This document shows, one piece after another, positions 1 to 12,700 of a stretch of DNA of 64,000 nt. The stretch lies in NCBI GenBank assembly GCA_051313645.2, contig JBNRSN020000023.1, positions 51,460,001-51,524,000 on the forward strand, given 5' to 3'. Each line of letters opens with the position of its first letter. Positions within the stretch are counted from its first letter, which is position 1. A program made the translations under genes and the position numbers. The notes below the pieces were generated by a model, which was not told where the DNA came from, ran no database searches, and saw only the letters and a program-made list of their open reading frames with translations. This stretch comes from Centroscyllium fabricii (taxonomy: Eukaryota).

Positions 1-719
1 CTTTTTGCCGTTTTGAAATTTTGCACTGTGAACTCCCGAGTTGTACAGCTTGTGAAAGCTCTGTGCGAGCTGCTGGTGCAACTGAAGGGCATAATTAATT
101 CAAAATCTCACACGAGACCACGTGATTGGCAGGGAGCCAATCAGTGGAAGCAATCCTCCATTCAAAACTTACACGGAGAAATCTGTGTAACTTTTGAAAA
201 GAGAGATCTTCCAAAACACATCTAAACTCAAAAATTAAATTTAAAAAACACCACATTTTTTTTAACAGTACTCCAACTAACATAAATTATCTATTTTAAA
301 GAAAAAAGAAAAATTTAGGAAAAAAATTTACAGTCTTTAACCGGCCTAAAATAATACTTACCTGTCTTTAAAGTTTAAAAAACTTAAAAACCTGTAAGAA
401 CAATATTTAAAATCTATAAAATAAACACTTACCTGCTAAAAACGGGTGCTTATGTCTGGTAATTTCAAGCGTAGAATCTTCAGTACTTACCCCGTGAAAA
501 ACTCTGGGGAAAAAAACCGGAAGTTTACTGCGCAACCCGTTGTGCGCAGGACCGTGCGATCCTCCTCGCAGCAGCTCTGCCCCCCCCCCCCCCCCCACCT
601 TGCTGGCCGCCTTCGGAAATGCAGGGAGCAGCTGCAAACGGCTGCTCCGTGCAATTTGGAGCTCGGGTGCGCTAACACCCGGCTCCAAAACCTGCTGCGG
701 AGATCAGAAATATCGGCCC
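1..719. mobile_element. Non-autonomous DNA transposon (Harbinger-type MITE), cut by window start
   Basis: Positions 110-560 align by eye to the TIR/TSD-bounded copy at 40934-41691. Confidence 0.65.
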
Positions 720-831
720 GTTGTTTGTACAAAAAATGTTGCTCCCCATGAAGAAGACCTGGTCACCGGAGCCCATTTCGAAGGTGGAATGCTCCACATG
801 GACATGCTCTATAGAGGGATTTGGACTCTCC

Positions 832-1728
832 GGGGTCAATTTTCCTTGGGCCGTGAGGCGGGTTTTTGGGCAGGCCAGCAACGAAAATAGCTGAAATGGG
901 GGTCCGCAAGACCCTCCCGCCGCCTTCCCGCCCGCTTGTCCATTTCACCCGGCGGGTCCGATCAGCCCACCTCAACCCCACCTAGCATCAGCGGTGATGC
1001 TCTTTAGGCTCATTAGGGGCCCTTAATTGGCATCGATAATGCCATTTTAAGGGCCCCTTGCTATTTTGAGCCTCTTCCCACCCAAAACCCGCCTGGTGGG
1101 AACACCGCTGTTGAAAGCTGGCAGACACCCAATCGGCTTAGTGACTGCCACCTTCAAGGCATGGGAAACAACAGCCACAGCACGGCTTGCTGGCCTCCAA
1201 CATGCTGGAGGTGTAACTGTCTCCCAAGGGTGCCAAAGTTCAGTGGCCAAAGACCTTTAAATCACTTACCTGCCAGCTGCATCCCACTGACTCACAGACA
1301 ACGTGCTGCGGGCTTGTCTGTGAAGCAAAGCAGTTACACGGTCAATCATCCAGTGGGTCAGTTTCTGTTTACATTCCACTGAAACCACAAACAAACAGAG
1401 CCAGCCTAGTTAAAGCTGTCACTCTTAGATTTGTGTTTTCATCTGTTGACATTGCATTATGACATCATAATGCCCTGAAACCACACAAAGAGAAACACCA
1501 AGCCTATCACTACAGCTGCCCATCATCGGCTCTGCTGCTGACACAGTGCAAAGCCCGCCCACTTTCTATGTAAAATCCATCAATTGCCAGGGTCTTCCCA
1601 AACTCGGGGATTTAATTGGCCAATTAAGCCAAAATTGCGAGTGGATTCCACACCCTTCAGAAAGTGGGAAGATAGAGTGATCAGTGGGGATCCCACCCAT
1701 TTCCCACACCTTCAGGAAAATTGACCCC
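832..1728. mobile_element. PIF/Harbinger-type MITE
   Basis: Perfect 15-bp TIRs GGGGTCAATTTTCCT/AGGAAAATTGACCCC, 3-bp TSD TCC; distantly related to 35455-36198. Confidence 0.8.
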
Positions 1729-3143
1729 TCCCTGTCAGTCCCCTTTTAAAGAGGAACTCTCCCCAAAATGTACCGTACTGTTTACTTTGCTCGCTCCTAT
1801 TTTGGCCCACTTTGAACCAAGTCGATGCTGCTGATGGTGTCACTGGGAGTGCTGGCTCCAAGGAGCATAAATGTGAGGTAATCTGAATTAAAACGTACAG
1901 GCCTGAACTCGGGGATGATTCGGGATCATTTCTGTGAGCTTCCTCGGGAAAACCTGCTCTGTGTTCATTGTGAAAACCAGGTTTTAAAATCAGCCTCGTT
2001 GTCATGGTGACCCAATACTATAAGGCCCTCTCTGAAAGGGATGCCTAAGGTGAGGCTACTGTGAAGGAGTTACTCAACCAGTAGACTCCCTCTTTAAAAG
2101 GGAGCGGCAATGATGAGACTCCCTTTATGATTGGGCTTCTGATGGGGAGACTCCCCTTGTGCATGGAATCCTGGCCAAGTAGTCTGATGTGCTGCTGTGA
2201 ATTTGTAGGTTTGCCGTCCGGTGACGTCGATCAGAGTAACTATTTCTTGGTGTCGGTCAGATTCTTGGTTTCCAGCCCCTTGGCTGACTGAGAGGGCAGC
2301 AGTGAAGAGAGTGATGCCCTCACGGGTTTCTCCCAATCCCAGCTTTCCCACTGGATGTAGGCGAGTGGAGTGTAAGGTGAATCAAGGGGTGGCTAGCCTT
2401 CTGGTTTGCCCTCGCGCCCTATGAGAAGCGCCCAATCCTTTGACGCCTAGTGTCTAGACTCACGTAGGAAGATCGGTCACTTGGAGGGCAGTTCGTGGAA
2501 TCTGTCCCCCAGCAACAGATTTTAAAATTCTCATCCTTGTTTTCAAATCCCTCCATGGCCCTTGCCCCCTCCCTATCTCTGCAATCTCCTTGGGCCCCAC
2601 AACCACCCCCCCCCCCCCCCCCACGAGATATCTACACTCCTCCAATTCTGCCCTCTTGAGCATCCCTGATTGTAATCGCTCAACCATTGGTGGCCGTGCC
2701 TTCAGCTGCCAAGGCCCGAAGCGCTCGATGTCCCTCTCTACCTCTCTTTCCTCCTTTAAGACGCTCCTTAAAACCTAGCTGTTTGACCAAAGATTCGTCC
2801 AAAGATGTGCGGGTTAGGTTGATTGGCCAGGATAAAATTGACCCTTAGTGTTAGGGGGATTGAAGATGTGGGGTTATGGGGATAGGGTGGGATATGTGTC
2901 GGTGCAGGCTCGATAGGCCGAAATGGCCTCTATCTGCACTGTAGGGATTCTATGACCAAGATTTTGGTCACCTGCCCTAAGTTCTCTTTATGTGGCTCGG
3001 TGCCAAATTTTCTTTTGCAACATTCCTGTGAAGCGCCTTGGGATGTTTTACTACGTTAAATGCAAGTTGTTGTTGTTGAAAGGAAAAAGAGGATTCTCCC
3101 TTGGCGCTTCCTGAATGGTAACTCCCTCTGTGCCTCCCCATAG

Positions 3144-3242
3144 GGTGGCTTTGTAGCCTGCATGATAGCAATACTGAAACAGATGGAGGACTACCATTAC
3201 ACACATTACATCAACACCTTCAAGACCCGGCATGATATCATT
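3144..3242 (+). CDS. DOCK5: DOCK5 internal exon (GGFVACMIAILKQMEDYHYTHYINTFKTRHDII)
   Basis: ccccatag acceptor, gtaagt donor, 99 nt phase 0-0; resembles DOCK5 GSFVACMIALLQQMDDSHYSHYISTFKTRQDII (from memory). Confidence 0.93.
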
Positions 3243-4095
3243 GTAAGTAAAAGCTTTCTTCAACCCGTTCTCCTTGGAGGTTTTCACGGTTATGACGGGT
3301 TTTGACAAAAACGACCCCGACGAATTGTTTATGTGGGGAAGAATTTAAACACCGAGGGGGTTAGGCAAGAGTTTCAGAAACAAAGAGGTTGGAAGTGAGA
3401 ATTGGAATCCAGGCAGAACCTCTTCACCCAAAGGGTGCTAAGAGTTGCGGAATAAGGTAGCTGGACAGGGTAGGGCAAGAAGAACGTAACATTTGCATTC
3501 ACAAAGCACCTTATCACATCATGAAGACATTGAAGATAATTGAACCAGAGGCGGAGATGAGGAGAATTTTTTTATGCAACGAGTTATGATCTGGAACGCG
3601 CTGCCTGAAAGGGCGGTGGAAGCAGATTCAATAATAACTTTCAAAAGAGTACTTGAAAAGGAATACTTGCAGGGCTCTGGGGGTAAGACTAGGTGAGTGG
3701 GACTAATTGGATCGCTCTTTCAAAGAGCCAGCACAGGCACGATGGGCCGAAAGGCCTCCTTCTGTGCTGCATCACTCTTAAGACATCTTGAAAGACATGA
3801 CACAGTTAATTACTTTTCAAGTACAGTGACTGGTATTATCGAGGCACGCACTGCAGCCGATCCGTGACTCAAGTAATAAGGCAAATTTTGTCATGTGTTC
3901 AAGGGGGAATTGGGGAGTCTCGGTGCTTTATACTCACACCAACATTTCTGCGATTATTGCCAAATGCGGATGATATTCCCCTGGATACATGTATTGAGAC
4001 AGAAGGGATTGGGGAACGTGGTGAGAAGAGGGGTAGATGCGATTGCGAACAATCAGTATGGAACGGGCTTGTAATGACTAATTGATTTTTTCTTG

Positions 4096-4558
4096 TACAG
4101 GTTGTGCACCGTTAATCCGGCACCGTCGGGACCAGGCCACTGAAAAATCCGAACCACTGTAGGTTCGGGGAGCGCATGCGCAGACCATTCAAAATGGCCA
4201 CCGCGCATGCGCAGACCATTCAAAATGGCCGCCGCGCATGCGCAGACCATTCAGAATGGCCGCCGCGCATGCGCAGACCATTCAAAATGGCCGCCGCGCA
4301 TGCGCAGACCATTCAAAATGGCCGCCGCGCATGCGCAGACCATTCAAAATGGCCGCCGCGCATGCGCATACCATTCAAAATGGCCGCCGCGCATGCGCAT
4401 ACCATTCAAAATGGCCGCCGCGCATGCGCAGACCAGTCGGGAAGAGGCCTGCGCATCGCGAGCGTCCCTGGGATCACGTGGGCCGGCCAGCGGGATTCGT
4501 GCCAGACCACTTAAGGTGCCGAATTATCAGGTGCCGGATTAACGGTGCACAACCTGTA
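4096..4558. mobile_element. Tigger/pogo-like MITE with internal 31-bp tandem array
   Basis: TA TSD, TIR CAGGTTGTGCACCGTTAATCCGGCACC at both ends; about 8 copies of GCGCATGCGCAGACCATTCAAAATGGCCGCC. Confidence 0.85.
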
Positions 4559-4764
4559 CCTAAAAAAAAAAATGTTAAAGAGTCTGAATCTGAAAAATGA
4601 AGATGCGGCCTAACCGAGAACAAAGGTCCCACGTGACTGCCATTTGAACAGGGTCGGGGGAGTGGTGGTGTTTCCTTGTGCAGATGTGGAAGGAGAATAC
4701 TGCATTAGTAATGTGGTAGCTGCCTGCAGAGCAGTCAGACAATTACAAATCAAATGCCCCAGTG

Positions 4765-5220
4765 CCAACCCTGACTCAGTGGGCAGCGCCCTCGCCTCTG
4801 AGTCAGAAGGTTATGGGTTCAAGCCCTGCTCCAGGGACTTGAGCACAAAAATCTAGGCTGACACTCCAGGGGAGTGCTGCACTGTCGAAGGTGCCGTCTT
4901 TCAGATGAGACGTTAAACCGAAGCCCCGTCTGCTTTCTCAGGTCGACGTAAAAGATCCCACGGCACTATTTCGAAGAAGAGCAGGGGAAGTTATCCCCGG
5001 TGTCCTGGGGCCAATATTTGTCCCTCAATCAACATCACTAAAACATATTATCTGGTCATGATCACATTGTTGTCTGTGGGACCTTGCTGTGCGCAAATTG
5101 GCTGCCGTGTTTCCTACATTACAACAGTGACTCCACTTCAAAAAGTACTTCATTGGCTGTAAAGCGCTTTGGGACATCCTGAGGATGTGAAAGGTGCTTT
5201 ATAAATACAAGTCTTTTTTA
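4765..5220 (+). mobile_element. tRNA-derived DeuSINE-like (SacSINE1-like) element
   Basis: A/B-box head (TGACTCAGTGG, GGTTCAAGCCC), Deu-domain-like core AAAGATCCCACGGCACTATTTCGAAGAAGAGCAGGGG; second copy at 27318-27770. Confidence 0.75.
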
Positions 5221-5316
5221 TCCTGAGGTACATGAGTGGCAGTGATTGCCCTCCCAGTCAGTCCATAGTGGATGAGCAGATACATGTCTTTCCAAATTGA
5301 TGGTGGGTCCAACTAA

Positions 5317-5817
5317 TGAGCACCGGTAATCCGGCACCCGATGGTCCGGTAGCTTCAGTGGTTTGGCATGATTGGAAACCGGCGTTCTTCATTTTGCGGA
5401 GCAGCTGCCCGGTGGCGCCACCGTTTCCCGCAAAGGGTGAGCGAGCGCTGAAGGCGTCGGGCGTTTGGGTTTCTGTTTTTTAAGGTTCTGTAAGTGTTCT
5501 ATCCCCAGGCTCCCTCCCGGGGTGTGCTCTACCCGCGCGCTCTGGGCCCCGGGGAGTGTTCTACCGCGCGCTCCGGGCCCCGGGGAGTGTTCTACCCGCG
5601 CACTCCGGGCCCCGGGGAGTGTTCTACCCCACGCTCTGGGCCCCGGGGAGTGTTCTACCACGCGCTCCGGGCCCCGGGGAGTGTTCTACCCGCGCACTCC
5701 GGGCCCCGGGGAGTGTTCTACCGCGCGCTCCCCCCGAACCTTCAGTGGTTCGTAATTTTCAGTAGTCCGGCACCGGCCTGGTCATGAGGGTGCCGGATTA
5801 ACGGTGCTCAACCTGTA
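5317..5817. mobile_element. Tigger-like MITE (left TIR clipped) with a different, about 32-bp tandem array
   Basis: Right TIR ..GTGCTCAACCTG+TA; about 7 copies of GCGCTCCGGGCCCCGGGGAGTGTTCTACC. Confidence 0.8.
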
Positions 5818-5965
5818 GTGGATATAAGACACGAAGAATAATGAACTACTTATAATCTTGGCTTGCCTCTGGAGACAAACACTTTGATGTAAGGGGGGCT
5901 GTTGATGCTGGTGGCGCTGGGGCCCACCTCATGAGCAGGGTTTGCAAGGTTACACCGGTGGGTAA

Positions 5966-6169
<204 letters not shown>

Positions 6170-6604
6170 TAGGGGATGTTCGCGAGTGAGAGAGGAGCTG
6201 GTGTAGGGAATGATCCAGAACATTGGTCCAAAGCCTTCCAGCTTGTTCATGGTGGGCTTCCTCAAGTGGCGTCAACAAGCCAGCATCCGAACCACCCCTT
6301 CTGCAGGCGCCTGTCTCAAGGCACAGTGAAGAACGTGGCCATGGGCATTTAATGGCCTTCATTAAAACCAAGCTTGGAAAACTTAATTTGGTTTGTTTAA
6401 ACAGAAATATCCTTGTGTTTCACGCCAGAATCTGTAGGATACCTGAACACTCCTTGGTAACCAGACCTTCAGAGCTTTTTTTGTTCTCCTGCAGTTTTCT
6501 CCCTTCCTCTCCTAAAACCTCCTGCTGGGTTCAGTTCCACAGATACCCTCTGGTATCTTATCCATTCCTGATCAATATCCTGTGTGAGCATACGTTTTTG
6601 TGTG

Positions 6605-6965
6605 TGTGAGCAGTGCGTGAGGTTGCAGCCCCTCTTCCATTATTTGAAGGGGCTACTCCTCAATTTTTGGCTGCACTTCAGTCCCACGCTCCTGATCTTC
6701 GGTCACCCGGTGCGGAGGGGAGAGGGCGGGTCGGAGGACCTCCTCGTTGGACTGCTCCTGGGCCTGGCCAAGGTGGCCATTAACAGGTCCAGGCAGCGGG
6801 TGGCCAAGGGGGTCGTTGGGCCCGACTGCCTGCCTCTCTTCCGTGATTATGTTCGCGCCCGGGTGTCCCTGGAGATGGAGCACGCGGTGTCCGCCAGCAT
6901 GCTCGATGCCTTCCGCGACCGGTGGGCGTCGGAGGGACTGGAGTGCATTATCACCCCCCTGGAAA
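6605..6965 (+). mobile_element. Tx1/L1-like LINE 3' fragment
   Basis: Peptide FWLHFSPTLLIFGHPV..LLLGLAKVAINRSR resembles a Tx1-type ORF2 C-terminus. Confidence 0.6.
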
Positions 6966-7016
6966 CAACATTTAGATTTGATTTGTTAAGTTGCATTTCA
7001 ATTTGGTTTACTTTGT

Positions 7017-7398
7017 GGTTGCATAGTGGTTAGCGCTGTTGCCTTACAGCACTGGAGACCCGGGTTCAAATCCAGCCTCGGGTACTATCTGTGTGGAGTT
7101 TGCACATTCTCCCCGTGTTTGCGTGGGTTTCCTCCGGGTGCTCCGGTTTCCTCCCACAGTCCAGAAATGTGTGGGTTATGTTGATTGGCCAGGATAAATT
7201 GACCCTGAGTGTTAGGGGGATTGAATATGTGGGGTTACGGGGATAGGGTGGGATATGTGTCGGTGCGGGATCGAGGGATATTGGGACAAGGCAGGGACAG
7301 GGTGCTGGGTTTGGATGATCAACCATGATCTCATTGAATGGCGGAGCAGGCTCGAAGGGCCGAATGGCCTACTCCTGCTCCTATCTTCTATGCTTCTA
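7017..7398 (+). mobile_element. HE1/V-SINE-like SINE with CR1-derived tail
   Basis: tRNA head, V-domain GTGGAGTTTGCACATTCTCCCCGTG..GGTTTCCTCCGGGTGCTCCGGTTTCCTCCCAC, tail shared with CR1; other copies 9474-9780(-), 27786-28187(-), 33195-33594(-), 38046-38422(+). Confidence 0.8.
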
Positions 7399-9784
7399 TT
7401 GTTTGTGCCCCGTTAAAAGGGGGCACTCGCCTACTGTCTTGTTTGTGATGGCACCAGCCATCCATCACCGAATTCAACATAAAAGGTGTGTGTGAGCATT
7501 CGAGTCAGCACACTTGTGCTTGTGCGCGTGTGTCTGCACGCTTGTGTGTGCTTGTGCTGGTGCATGTGAGCACGCTTGTGTGTGTGTGTGTGTATGCACG
7601 AGTGTGCGTGCGCGCGCATACGTCTGTGCGGACCTGCAGTGAGGACAATAACTTGCTGCCTCTCGTGGTGCCTCTTGTGGTTGCTGAAGTACGAACACGT
7701 GGCAGCAGTGCTGGTAGGTGTGGAACTGTTCCCCCCCCCCCCCCCCCCCGCCCGCCCTCCCAGGAAGGAATCGGTGACTTCAGGAGAGGGGAGGAGTGGA
7801 GGTTGGCGAAGAAACAAAACAGAATTTCAACCCCTTCCCCCTTCTCAAATTTGTTCTTGACTGGACTTGCTCCTTAATGATGGGTTTTGCTGGGGTTGAT
7901 CACAAATTGGCCCTGGACGGTCCGTTAGACACTTGTTAATAGTTGGTGTTGGCAGAAAGTCGCTGCTTACGGTGAAGCTGGGTCTTGAAACCCTGGGACC
8001 AGCCACCCCAATGAATCAGCAGATCTGGTTTGTGCTAAACCTCAATCTGTCCATTTTCTTGGGCTCCATCCACACTGCAGCTGTTGGGAGATCCCAAAGA
8101 CTACCGATACTCCAAGGTAGCGATGATGACATGGAAAGGGATCGGGCAAGGATGATGCGCATTGAGCCAGATTTAATTAGCTTGCTAAAAGAGTGTGGCG
8201 CAACTGATCCACGCTAAACAGGGTTCGCGTTAAGCTGGGTGTTGGCCAATGGCGCTGATTATTTGTTGTGACGGTGCTGGGATTGTCCATTCACGCGGAA
8301 CAAGCAGAAGGAGTTCCACAAATACAGTGGAGTTTCCTGTCAACGATCACTGCATCTGTTGAAATTGCCTCAGCCAAGACTACGCGTGTGGCTCCGGAGA
8401 TTTGACCCTTGACCCGATGAGTTTTATGCTGGTAGAAAAAAGAATGTTAAATTGCAATGTTTGGGACTGCTGCCATTCACCGGTGCTTTATGCAGCCGCA
8501 CAGTGCAGAGACAGTCAAATCAAACTGTCGGCCATTCTTTTCAACCTTGGCACTTTAATTTAATGGAATTTGGATTTATTTGTTGGATGGGTAAGTATGT
8601 TTTGATGGTGTGCAGAAAGTTTGAGCAGCGCGGTAGCTGTTCAGCAATCCCTGGCGTGCTCTTCAAACTGCTGGTACCTGCGCACAGAACGTTCAACTAT
8701 CAGATGCAGTGATTGTTTGGGGGCCTTGCCAAGTCGACCATTACACAGAAATTCCACTGTACGTTAAGGGTTACAGAGCCAAGGCGGGTCGATGGTGTTG
8801 AGATACAGATCAGCCGCGATCTCGTTGAATGGCAGAACAGGACGAGGGGCTGACGACCTCCTCCTGTCCCTCTGTACATCTAACACCCTCCTTAAATTAT
8901 AAGAACATGAGAAGTCGGAGTCGGCCAATTGGCCCCTCGGGCCTGCTCCGCCATTCAGTAAGATCATGGTTTGGTCCAATCTTGGCCTCAACACCACTTT
9001 CCCGCTCACTCCCTGACATGAATCTTGTCGTTCATGTGGAAACAATACTGGGCGGCCTGCGGGTGGCACTGTCCAGGGAGAGTATAAATACTCGGGCACA
9101 GGCACAGCTTGCTCAGGACATTCTTTAACAGGAACTAGTGAAGGACACAACTAGATCGCCATGTTGAAAAACAGTTGATTAATACTTAGACCAAGTGCTT
9201 AGTAGTTTTCTTACATCATTCCCCATAGCCTTTGATCCCTTGTAGTTCAAATGTCTGTCAATCTCCGCGTTGAATATATTCAATGACTCCGCCTCCACAG
9301 TTCTCTGGGGTAGAGGATTCCAAAGATTCACGACCCTCTGAGTGAAGAAATTCTTCCTCATCTCCATCTTAAATGGGCGACCCCTTATTCTGAAACTATG
9401 CCCCCTAGTTCTAGATAGCCCCACTAGCGCTACTTTAGGAGCCAGTCTGATAGAAATGAGTCGGCAGTAATACAGAAACACAGAAGATAGGAGCAGGAGT
9501 AGGCCATTCGGCCCTTCAAGCCTGCTCTGCCATTCAATGCGATCATGGCTGATCATCCAAACCCAGTACCCTGTCTCTGCTTTCTCCCCATATCCCCCGA
9601 CACCCCCAACTCTAAGAACTATATCTCACACACATACTCATGGGCAATTTTTAGTATCTCCAATTCGCCTAACCTGCATGTCTTTGGGTGGTGGGAGGAA
9701 ACCGGAGTACCCGGAGGAAACCCACACGAACACGGGGAGAACATGCAAACTCCACGCAGAGAGGTCCCGGGCCAAGCAGGATGC

Positions 9785-12700
9785 ACAATCTATATCAACG
9801 ATTTGGAGGAGGGGATCGAGTGTAACATATCAAAGTTTGCAGATGATACTAAGATGGGAGGGAAAGTAGTGAGGGAGGAGGACATAAAAAACCTGCAAGG
9901 GGACATAGACAGGCTAAGTAAGTGGGCAGAGATTTGGCAGATGGAATACAACACTGGAAAGTGTGAGGTTATGCACTTTGGCAGGAAAAACCGTAGAGCT
10001 AGTTATTATCTTAATGGCAAGAAACTGGAAAGTACTGTAGAACAAAGGGATCTGGGGGTCCTGGTGCACGAAACTCAAAAGGTTAGTATGCAGGTGCAGC
10101 AAGTGATCAAGAAGGCCAATGGAATGTTGGCTTTAATTGCTAGGGGGATAGAATATAAAAATAGGGAGGTATTGCTTCAGTTGTACAAGGTATTGGTGAG
10201 ACCACACTTGGTCGTTGTACACATTTGAGGTCGTTGTACACATAGGAATCAACGACACACGTAAAAAGAGGGATGAGGTCCTGCAACAAGAATTCAGGGA
10301 GCTAGGCAGAAAGTTAAAGTGCAGGACCTCAAAGGTTGTAATCTCTGGATTACTCCCTGTGCCACGATTTAGTGAGTATAGGAATAGAAGGATAGAGCAG
10401 CTTAATACGTGGCTCAAGAGTTGGTGCAGGAGGGAGGGCTTTAGTTTCCTGGATAACTGGCCCTGTTTCTGGGAAAGGTGGGACTTGTATGGGGACGACG
10501 GTCTCCACCTTAACCGGAAGGGGACCAATATCCTAGCGGGGAGGCTTGCTAGCATGGTTGGGGAGGGTTTAAACTAACTTGGCAGGGGAATGGGATAGGT
10601 AGTGGAAAAGAGGGAGGTCATAGGAAGCCAGAAACAAATGGTAGGAAGGTGAGAAACAATAAGCAAGGGAGAGAAACACAAAGGGCCAAACAAATTCATA
10701 ATAGTGTGATCAAAACAAGCCTAAAGGCTTTGTATCTTAATGCAAGAAGCATTAGGAACAAGGTGGATGAACTAGCTGTGGAAATAGAGGTAAGCAAATA
10801 TGAGCTGATTGGAATCACGGAAACATGGCTGCAGGGGGGGCAAGGCTGGGAACTCAACATCCCGGGGTATACAACATTCAGAAAGGATCGGCACAAAAGA
10901 AAGGGAGGTGGGGTGGCATTGCTGGTGAAAGAGGGGATAAATGCAATTGAAAGGAAGGATATTAACTCAGATGATACGGAATCTATATGGGTAGAACTAA
11001 GAAATAGTAAAGGGCGGAAAACATTAGTGGGAGTTATATACAGGCCTCCAAATAGTAATATGGAGGTGGGGGACGGCATAAAAAGGGAAATTAGAGAAGC
11101 TTGCGATAAGGGCACAGCTGTCGTCATGGGCGACTTTAATCTACATATTGATTGGACTAGCCAAGTTAGTAAAAATAGGGAGGAGGAGGAATTCCTAGAA
11201 TGTCTACGGGATGGGTATCTGGACCAATATGTCGAGGAACCAACTCGGGATCAGGCCATCTTAGACTGGGTATTGTGCAATGAGAAGGGACTAATTAACA
11301 ATCTTGTTGTACGAGGCCCCTTGGGTCGGAGCGATCATAATATGATCGAATTCTCAGTTGAGATGGAAAGTGAAAAGATCAACTCAGAGACTAAGGTCCT
11401 GAATTTAAATAAAGGGAATTATGAAGGTATGAGAAGGGAATTAAGCAAGATAGATTGGGCAGTGTTCCTGAGGGGATTGAATGTGGATAGACAATGGCAA
11501 GCATTCAAGTATAGGATGGAAGAAATACAGAACTCGTTCATACCGGTTTGGCATAAGAATAAACCTAGAAAGGTGACTCAACCGTGGATAACAAGGGAAA
11601 TAAGGGACAACATTAAATCCAAAAAATGGGCATATCAATTGGCCAAAAAAAGTACTAGGCCGGAAGATTGGGAGCAGTTCAGGATACAGCAAAGGAAGAC
11701 AAAGGGATTAATCAGGAGGGGGAAGATAGATTATGAAGGGAAGCTTGCGGCAAACATAAAAACTGACAGCAAAAGCTTTTATAGGTACATCAAGAGGAAA
11801 AGATTGGTAAAATCACAAGTCGGTCCCTTGCAGTCCGATTCAGGGGAATATATAATGGGGAATAAAGAAATGGCAGACCAACTAAACTCATATTTTGGTA
11901 CTGTCTTCACAAAGGAGGACACAAGCAACCTCCCAGGGATAGCAGCGAACATAGGGTCCAAGGCAAGGGAGGAGCTGACAGATATCATTATTTCTAGGGA
12001 GATGGTTTTGGGGAAGTTGAAGGGATTGAAGGCCGGCAAATCCCCAGGGCCTGATAATCTACATCCTAGGGTACTTAGAGGTAGCCCCGGAAATAGAGGG
12101 TGCATTAAGGATCATTTTCCAGAACTCAATAGACTCTGGATCAGTACCCACGGATTGGAGGGTGGCTAATGTTACCCCACTCTTCAAAAAGGGGGGCAGA
12201 GAGAAAGCAGGGAATTATAGACCAGTAAGCCTTACATCAGTAGTGGGCAAAATGCTCGAGTCCATCATCAAGGATGTAATCTCGGAGCATTTGACAAGGA
12301 GGGATGAGATCGGACAGAGTCAACACGGGTTTACAAAAGGTAAATCATGTTTAACTAATCTATTGGAATTCTTTGAGGAAGTAACTCGGAAAATAGATGG
12401 CGGAGAGCCAGTAGATGTGGTGTACCTTGACTTCCAGAAAGCTTTCGATAAGGTTCCACATAAAAGATTAGCATGTAAAATTAAGGCTCATGGGATTGGG
12501 GGCAAAGTTTTGATGTGGATAGAGAACTGGTTGGCAGACAGAAAACAGAGAGTTGGAATTAACGGCTCGTTTTCTGAGTGGCAGTCGGTGACTAGTGGAG
12601 TACCGCAGGGGTCTGTCCTGGGACCTCAGCTGTTTACAATATATATTAATGATCTGGATCAGGGAATTGAATGTAATATCTCCAAATTCGCGGACGACAC

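Noticed and set aside
4176-4600. Overlapping ORFs in three frames (also 5465-5787, 62965-63622)
   Set aside because: Stop-free tandem repeats inside MITEs
7017-7085. tRNA genes at SINE heads (also 4770, 27320, 38050)
   Set aside because: A/B boxes continue directly into SINE bodies; no complete cloverleaf
7480-7630. His/Thr-rich or Cys/Val-rich ORFs
   Set aside because: Degenerate (TG)n microsatellite
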